In this document: piece by piece, positions 63,916-64,000 of the stretch | Layout: every line of letters starts with the position of its first letter | Numbering within the stretch: position 1 is the stretch's first letter | Source: Burkholderiales bacterium | Lineage (GTDB): Bacteria > Pseudomonadota > Gammaproteobacteria > Burkholderiales > SG8-39 | Direction: 5' to 3' | DNA: 64,000 nucleotides | Assembly (NCBI GenBank): GCA_035632415.1 | Contig: DASQGW010000012.1 | Location: forward strand, 6,325-70,324 | The notes under the pieces: generated by a model | The model's database searches: none | What the model was told of the DNA's origin: nothing | Seen by the model: only the letters and a program-made list of their open reading frames with translations | Made by a program: the position numbers and the translations under genes

Positions 63916-64000
63916 TCAGTAGTCGCGCACAAAGAACGCCATCGAAAAAATCACCAAGGTCACGACGAAGGCTGCGATAAGGGCGCCGACCACGGCCTGG
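63916..64000 (-). CDS. atpI: ATP synthase protein I, C-terminal fragment (gene starts beyond the right edge)
   Basis: My translation of the minus strand gives ...QAVVGALIAAFVVTLVIFSMAFFVRDY followed by a stop (TGA = plus-strand TCA 63916..63918). Hydrophobic tail, and the position upstream of atpB fits atpI. Confidence 0.6.
   Translation of the reverse strand, partial: QAVVGALIAAFVVTLVIFSMAFFVRDY

Overview
This is a GC-rich, very gene-dense stretch of chromosomal core from a proteobacterium. By my own gene calls only about 1.7 kb of the 64 kb is intergenic. The gene order (mrcA | pilMNOPQ-aroK-aroB-gltB, cyaY | lptM-lysA, cytochrome c4 | engB-hemB, atpIBEFHAGDC) suggests a betaproteobacterium or a close relative; that is inference only. 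I call about 65 protein genes:
- a partial gltB, aroB/aroK, and the type IV pilus assembly genes pilMNOPQ;
- PBP1A, cyaY, a small lipoprotein missing from the ORF track (lptM-like), and lysA;
- an RND efflux pair, a NYN/OST-HTH protein, mug, and an ECF sigma/anti-sigma pair placed behind three c-type cytochrome genes;
- engB, hemB, a VOC-fold protein, dsbD-cutA, livFGMHK, a c551-type cytochrome coupled to a DUF255 thioredoxin-domain protein, ilvD and lgt;
- a fused FAD/Fe-S oxidase, then a co-directional block of class V aminotransferase, peptide-type ABC transporter, AzlCD and a PhnA-like hydrolase;
- a CoA-transferase plus TRAP transporter operon, glpD-HAD-TauE, and the full F1Fo ATP synthase operon (atpI cut by the right edge).

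I saw no rRNA, tRNA, CRISPR array, transposase, integrase or phage genes. The largest gaps are 174, 160 and 152 nt. I did not find a convincing stand-alone novel system. The best leads are:
- the PhnA-like hydrolase translationally coupled to azlCD at the end of an aminotransferase/ABC block;
- the cytochrome c-prime/diheme cytochrome/ECF sigma/anti-sigma unit;
- a four-hairpin leader with a 16-codon uORF overlapping the hemB start;
- a 27-bp tandem duplication at the dsbD stop and VOC start;
- the lack of terminator space at all seven convergent gene junctions.

Many long ORFs in the track are Arg-rich antisense or extended shadow frames and were rejected.
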